A stretch of DNA of 64,000 nucleotides, taken from NCBI RefSeq assembly GCF_009914755.1, contig NC_060927.1; one strand, written 5' to 3'. The notes under the pieces were generated by a model, which was given only the letters and a program-made list of their open reading frames with translations, was not told the DNA's origin and did not search any database. Positions 58,090 through 64,000 of the stretch are shown in pieces. Source of the stretch: the human T2T-CHM13v2.0 reference genome, Homo sapiens. Numbering within the stretch: position 1 is the stretch's first letter; every line of letters begins with the position of its first letter. The position numbers were made by a program, and so were the translations under genes.

Positions 58090-60140
58090 AAAAATCATAC
58101 CACTTAAAATATATTTCTAATTAATGCACTGTAACATTAACTTTTTTGGGAGTACAGCTCTTTGAATATTAACTCATGTATCGAATCAAGTAACCACTGT
58201 GACAAACAGGATACAAAACTGTTCTGTTTCTCCAAACAACTCTCATGTGCCCTTCTTTTGCAGTCATACTCTCCCATTATCCCTAACCCCTTGATCTGTT
58301 CTCGGTCACTCCAGTTCTGTCTTTTTGAGAGTGTTATTTAAATGGAATCATACAATAGGCATCCTATTAAGGTTGGTTTATTTAATTCAGCACAATGCCT
58401 TTGAGATTCATCCAAGTTATTATATCAACATATATAATGCTCATTGCTTAGTATTGCTGAGTATTATTCTATTTTTTTGGATGCCACAGAATTTGTTGAT
58501 CCATTCACTTGTAGAATGACAATTGAATTGTTTCCAGCTTTAGGCAATTAATAATAGGGCTTCTACAAACATGCAGGTATAGCTTTTTGTATGAAAGTAA
58601 GTTTTCATTTCCCTTGGACAAATATCCAAGAGTGAGATTACTGGGTTGTATGGCAAGTTTATGTTTAACTTTATTAAGAAACTGCTGTTTTCCAGAGAGG
58701 GTATATGGACATTTCATATTCCACCAGTATGAGAGTTCCAATTGCTTTGCATCCTCTTCATCACTTGGTATTGTCAGTATTTATTTTTTAATTTTAGTCA
58801 TTCTGAAAGGTGTATTGTGGTATCTCCTTGTGGTTTTAATTTGCATTTCCCTGATGGCTAATGACATTGAATGACTCTTCATGTGTTTATTTGACTTTTG
58901 CATATCGTTTTGGTAAAGTGTTTCTTTATGACTTAAACATTTTAAAATTGAGTTGTTTCTTGTATGATTCCTCCAACTTTATTCTTCTTTTTCAAAATTT
59001 TTCTCAATGTCTTAGGGCTTTCTATTTTCATATAAATATCAGAATCAGTTTCTCTATAGCTAGAAAAAATCTTTCTGGGATTTTGATTGGAATTAACTAA
59101 ATCTTTAGGCCATCTTGGAGAAAATTGACTTCTCTATGTTGAGTTTCTCAGTTCATGAATATGGTATGTCTCTTCTATTATTTTCTAGTACCATTTTAAC
59201 AAATTACCAAAAACTTAGTTGCTTAAAAAGCACCCATTTATTGTTGCACAGTTTCTGTGGGTCAGAAGGCCAAGAACAATGTGGCTTAGCTGGTTCCCTG
59301 CTTAGGGTTTCGTAAGGCTGAAATGATGGTGTCAGCAGTATTGTGTTCCTTTCTGGTGACTCTGGAGATGAATATATTTCTATTCCTTTAATAGTTATTG
59401 GACTATTCAGGTCGTCTGTTTCATCTTAGCTGAGCTTTAGTAGTTTGTAGTTTTTGAGATGTTAGTCCATTTTATCTAAGTTGTGGAATGTATGAGCCTG
59501 GAGTTTGTAATATTGCCTTATTACCATTTTAATATCTCCGTGATCACTAGTCATGTCCCATCATTCATTTCTATTTTTAGTGATAGTACCTTTTTTCCTT
59601 ACTTAACGTATCACCTGGCTTGAGGTTTATGTTTTATTGTTCTTTTCAAAGAACTAACTTTTGGTTTCTTTATTTTTCTATATGTATATATTTCCTGTTT
59701 TGAAATTATTTGATTTCTACTCTATAAAATTTCCTTTATTATGCTTGTTTCATTTATTCTTCTTTCTGTAGTTTCTTAAAGTGGAAGATTAGATTATGGG
59801 CTTGCTATCTTTCTTCTTTTCTAAGATAAGCCTTTAGTGCTACAAATTATCCTCTAATCACTACATTAGCTGCATCCCACACACTTGGTATGTTTTATTT
59901 TATTTTTGTCAAGTTAGAAATATTTTCTAATTTCCCTTACAACTTTCTTTTCAACCCATATATACTTTATTTTAAGGCATGTATTTTAATTTTGAAGTGT
60001 TTGGAGATTTTCCTATTATCTTTCTGTTATTGATTTCTAGTTTAATTCTATGGGGAGAGAACATACTTTGAATTCTTTTAAATTTGTTAAAATTTGATTT
60101 ATGATACATGATACGGTGTATCTGGTGAATGTCCTATTGA
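58090..60140 (-). mobile_element. Old L1M fragments with an embedded MLT1-type LTR piece (~59190-59375)
   Basis: aaatggaatcatacaat...gtggttttaatttgcatttccctgatggctaatga L1 motifs; aacaaattacc...cacagtttctgtgggtcagaag MLT1 motif. Confidence 0.75.
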
Positions 60141-62049
60141 AAAGAATGCCTTATTTTTTACTTTTAGAATCCTCAAACAGTTGTTCCATCAAATATGCCC
60201 GCGTTTTATAACTGCAAAGACAGGATGAAGAATATTTACTTCATTTTACCCCAAATCAGAGTCTTCCATGTCACTTTGCCAAAACTTTCATTTGCTGATA
60301 AATATTAGATTTGAAATATTCTGCACAAGGATCCTATTTTCAAAAAAAGCCCTGTAAACTCCACAAAAGACTGATGATGAAAATAACTCTCATGTCTTAC
60401 TAAATGCTATCCCTTTTGTGTAGAATGGAATAATTAGTAGCTTTTCCTGTTTTCTTCAAAGGCTTGTTCATTGTATCTTAGGTAACCACAGAAATGCCAG
60501 ACCTACTCAGACTTTTTGCAGTAACTTAGAGAAAATAAAAGGAAAGATCTGAATGGGATTAGGGCAGGATTGGGACTCAAGGAAGTGATTTGACTACAGG
60601 GTTGACCTTTTATGGGGATGGCCTTCTGGGGTGTATTCCTTGGCGTGAATGGCCAAGTTTTCAAAAGTGCGAATGGTCGTAGTTTTCAGTGGGCAGGTCA
60701 TAGAAAAGGGTGTCAGTCAACCATGGCAGAATGAAGCAGGTTTAGCAGTTTCATGGTTATAGGAGGTTTATCTAGCTGACTGCAAGTCTTTACAGGGACA
60801 TAAGGTAGGCTCCTGGAAGAGGGTGCTGACGAGCACCAGGCTGAAGGCCTAAGTGGGTGTTTTCTGAGTATAGAGCTATATATGGGATCAGGAAACTGAG
60901 GGACAAATCCAGTCCTGTGATCTGGTGAAGTGCTGCTGAGCGGAAGGCAGGCAGAACAAATGGTGATTCATGGCAAATCCCACCCTTGGCACAGCAAACC
61001 TAGTTTCAGCCTGTCACCTGCGGGCTAGGTGAGAGAATTCAGTGGTCAGAGTGATGCAGATAAGGAGATGCTAATGATTACCAAGTCTAGAGAATGCAGA
61101 CGATAAAAAGTTTCATATGCGGAAGTAGATGTTAAGGTGCTGAGCACGTGAAGACCCATCTTTAACATTGTCGTCGATTACAGAGAACTAAGTACATTTT
61201 AAATCTTCTTGCTAAATGATATAGTCATTAAAGTTGATATACTGGGAAACAATAGGATTAAATATGAGAGATGTACCAAAAGATAAGGGAGGGAGCATGA
61301 GGATTATCATGCAGTAAATTACACGGATAATGCAGGAAAGGCTGGGAAGATATTATATGTAGGTTAGAATCATCTGAAGCAACAGCAGGGTCTGTTAGGC
61401 CCCATTGCAATAATCTAAAGCTAAGCTCTAATTTAGACACTGAGAATCTGTGTTTATTACCCACGTCCCTTTGCTTTCTGACAGTTCCTCCATCTCTGAC
61501 CCAGCACCCTCTCACTCTAAGACGCAACAACCAAAAGTGTATTACTCTTTACGATAATAAAATTCTAAGGCTGAATACAAGACAATGCTAAATGACCCAG
61601 CATTCTCTGAGAGGTTTCAGATCAGCCAGGCGCCTCCCAATAACATTGGTACCTTTAATCTGTCAAAACCAGCCTGTTCAATCACGTTTCCTTTTCAGTC
61701 TGCTTTATTCTAATTCATCACAGGGCAGGACTGGCCCTGGATGTGTGTTCGCAGACAGGTTATCTTTAGATTAGCTTTGCCTTGGTGACCTGACTCTTTG
61801 CTGCCTTCAGCATAATCCAGTTACTCTTGGGAATATCAATTAAGGCCCTCAATCACACTAATTAGAATGTCTTATAAATGTTGCCTTAGGAATTCAGCAG
61901 CTTATAAACAGGCAAACTGGGAAAATCTAGAGGTATGTGGGGGTTTTTAAATAGCTGACAGCAATTTGGGAGGGCGTATTGCTTTAGCATAGCTGAGAAG
62001 TGGGGCTGAAATTACGGTTCCCTGAATGCAGTGAAATCTCTAGTTGCTC

Positions 62050-62260
62050 TTTGCTGGCAAGTTTAATGCAGAATTATTAATTACATTTATTAATGACTTG
62101 GATGAAGATATAGGTTGCATGCTGATCAAGTCTGTAGATGTCACAAAGCTAGGAAGATAGCAATTATTGTGATAACAGATTCAGGAGCCAAAATGACTTC
62201 AAGACAGAATTTAGCAGCCATCTATCTAATACGCGCCTGGCAGTGCTCTATAAAGTACAA
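62050..62260 (+). mobile_element. CR1/L3 reverse-transcriptase fossil
   Basis: From 62086 it translates as FINDLDEDIGCMLIKSVDVTKLGR*, a decayed CR1 FINDLD...KFADDTKLGG motif. Confidence 0.8.
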
Positions 62261-62929
62261 TTTGAGGGTCATGTTGCTCCCCTACTCAGAAAACTTTGGT
62301 GACTCCCTATTTGCTCTTTAAATCCCAAGCCTTTGGCCTGTTATTTAAGGCTTTGCCATATTATGATTCTACCACTGTCTGCTTTCCAACAAAATCTTCT
62401 GTAGTTCTTTTTCTAAAACCTTGTGCTTGAGCAAAACTCAGTTCTTTATATACTATTTTCCATTTGTGTTCTATGCTTTCACTACCTTTGAGCATTATTC
62501 TCCACTGAAAGTTTCTTTTTCTCACATGTTCCTTCTGTCTCAAGTCTAAATATCCATACCAGTTCAAATGTCACCTCTTGTGTTTCATCTTCTTTTATTG
62601 TCTTGGCTGGAGTGACCTCTTTCCTTTGCTAATCTTCAATAACACTTATCTGTTCCTCTCTATTTTTATCACTTTTTACTTCATATTGCAGGGGGTTTTG
62701 TTTTTGGTGCACATTTTAAGTTTCTGTTAGACCCTGCCTAGTGCTAGAATTTCTGTCTGGTAACTCTTTTTATCTCTTAAGTGTCTCTAGATGTGTGTTC
62801 TATACATAGTTGATGATACTAAAGTGTCTTGCTGGGGGTTCATCTTTACTGTGGAAAAGTGCCTTTAGAGAAGACCCTACATTTTGCCCATGAGAGGCTT
62901 CGTAGCTGTATCATAGCAACTTGGAAACT

Positions 62930-63017
62930 CAAAGGATAAATCCTTGAGGGGACGGATATTCCATTTTCCATGATGTGCTTATTTCACATTGCTTGCCTGT
63001 ATCAAAACATATCTCGT

Positions 63018-63063
<46 letters not shown>

Positions 63064-63100
63064 CTGCTACATAACCACACACACACACAAACTAAAAAAT
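62930..63100 (+). mobile_element. L1MA 3' terminus containing (CA)22 at 63019-63062
   Basis: aaaggataaat...catgatgtgcttatttcacattgc..gcctgtatcaaaacatatctc, then CA arrays and an A-rich end. Confidence 0.75.
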
Positions 63101-64000
63101 TTGGAAAAGAAGGAGAAAATGCTCAATACATGTTTTATTGAATAAATGAAAGACTGATGGAGAGAAAAAGATTTCCCCAAGGTCATAATATAAGAGCTGG
63201 AAGGAAGAGGTGCTGGGAAGAAAACATCATTTAATTTATCAGATGAAACAACAGCTTGTGATATGACGAGCTCACCTGTGATTTGTGTACAACCAGGCTA
63301 AAAAAGGAAGCATGAACCAGAGATTTTTGGAGAGGTGTGGTCAAGAGAGGTGACGGGAGTTGGAAACTTGCATAGTCCTTTAGGGTGGCCACACCTCTTG
63401 GATTCCTTGTGTAGTTTATATCTTTTGTTATAATTTAATGCTCTTAAAATTGGCCCATTTTAAATGATGTTATATGGTCATCTTATTTATCAAATACCTC
63501 TTTGATCTGTTTAAGCTGCTGCATACCTGTGGTTGTGAAACTTGTGGCATAGGCTATTTGAGATAATAATCTTTGTAGTTAGCCTAATGTGGATATAAAT
63601 AGCATCTTTGTCACTTACTGGAAATATGAGCTGGACAAGTTATCAAGACCTCTGCAAGCATTCTTATATGGCTGTTACCTTCGACACAGAAAGCAGAGTT
63701 CTTGAGCATGGAATTTCTGCATCATCTTCAGGTTTCAGTATTTATAACCCACAGAGGTTTTACCAGTGGCCAGATATTTCTTGGGTAGTAGAAAAAGAAA
63801 TACTTCACAGAGCTGTCAAATCTCCACATCTTCAGCATTAAATATCATGCAACCAAATGTAAGGGTATGGTTCACAGCAGTTGGCTGTTTCAGCTGGTTA
63901 TTAATAGGAAGGCGAAAGATCATAGAAAGTTGACTCCTCCCTCATCATTTCTGTCTTCCAGTGAGAAGAGGAGAGCACGAACAGCAGGAATTAGATTTAT

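Overview
Primate (human-like) genomic DNA containing the 5' end of a + strand gene that I recognise, from memory of its mRNA leader, as IL1RAP (interleukin-1 receptor accessory protein). Layout: ~14 kb of repeat-rich upstream DNA, a CpG-island promoter (~13.85-15.17 kb), non-coding exon 1 ending at AAAG|GTGAGT (14533), a 41,920-bp intron 1, and an 87-nt non-coding exon 2 (56454-56540). The ATG-bearing exon lies just beyond the window, so there is no genuine CDS here; the ORF track consists of chance, Alu-, L1- or microsatellite-derived frames. The rest is interspersed repeats (Alus, several with intact TSDs; L1, L2, CR1/L3, MIR; THE1/MST/MER39/MER34-type LTRs; a two-LTR MER61-type provirus carrying a young AluYa-type insertion) and STRs. 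I found no new multi-gene system. The best leads are regulatory: a (GGAA)13 microsatellite in intron 1, a sense THE1 LTR with splice donors upstream of exon 2, an ATG-TGA start-stop as the only uAUG in the leader, candidate cassette 5'UTR exons, and local duplications. Gene identity and repeat subfamily names come from recall and were not checked by search.
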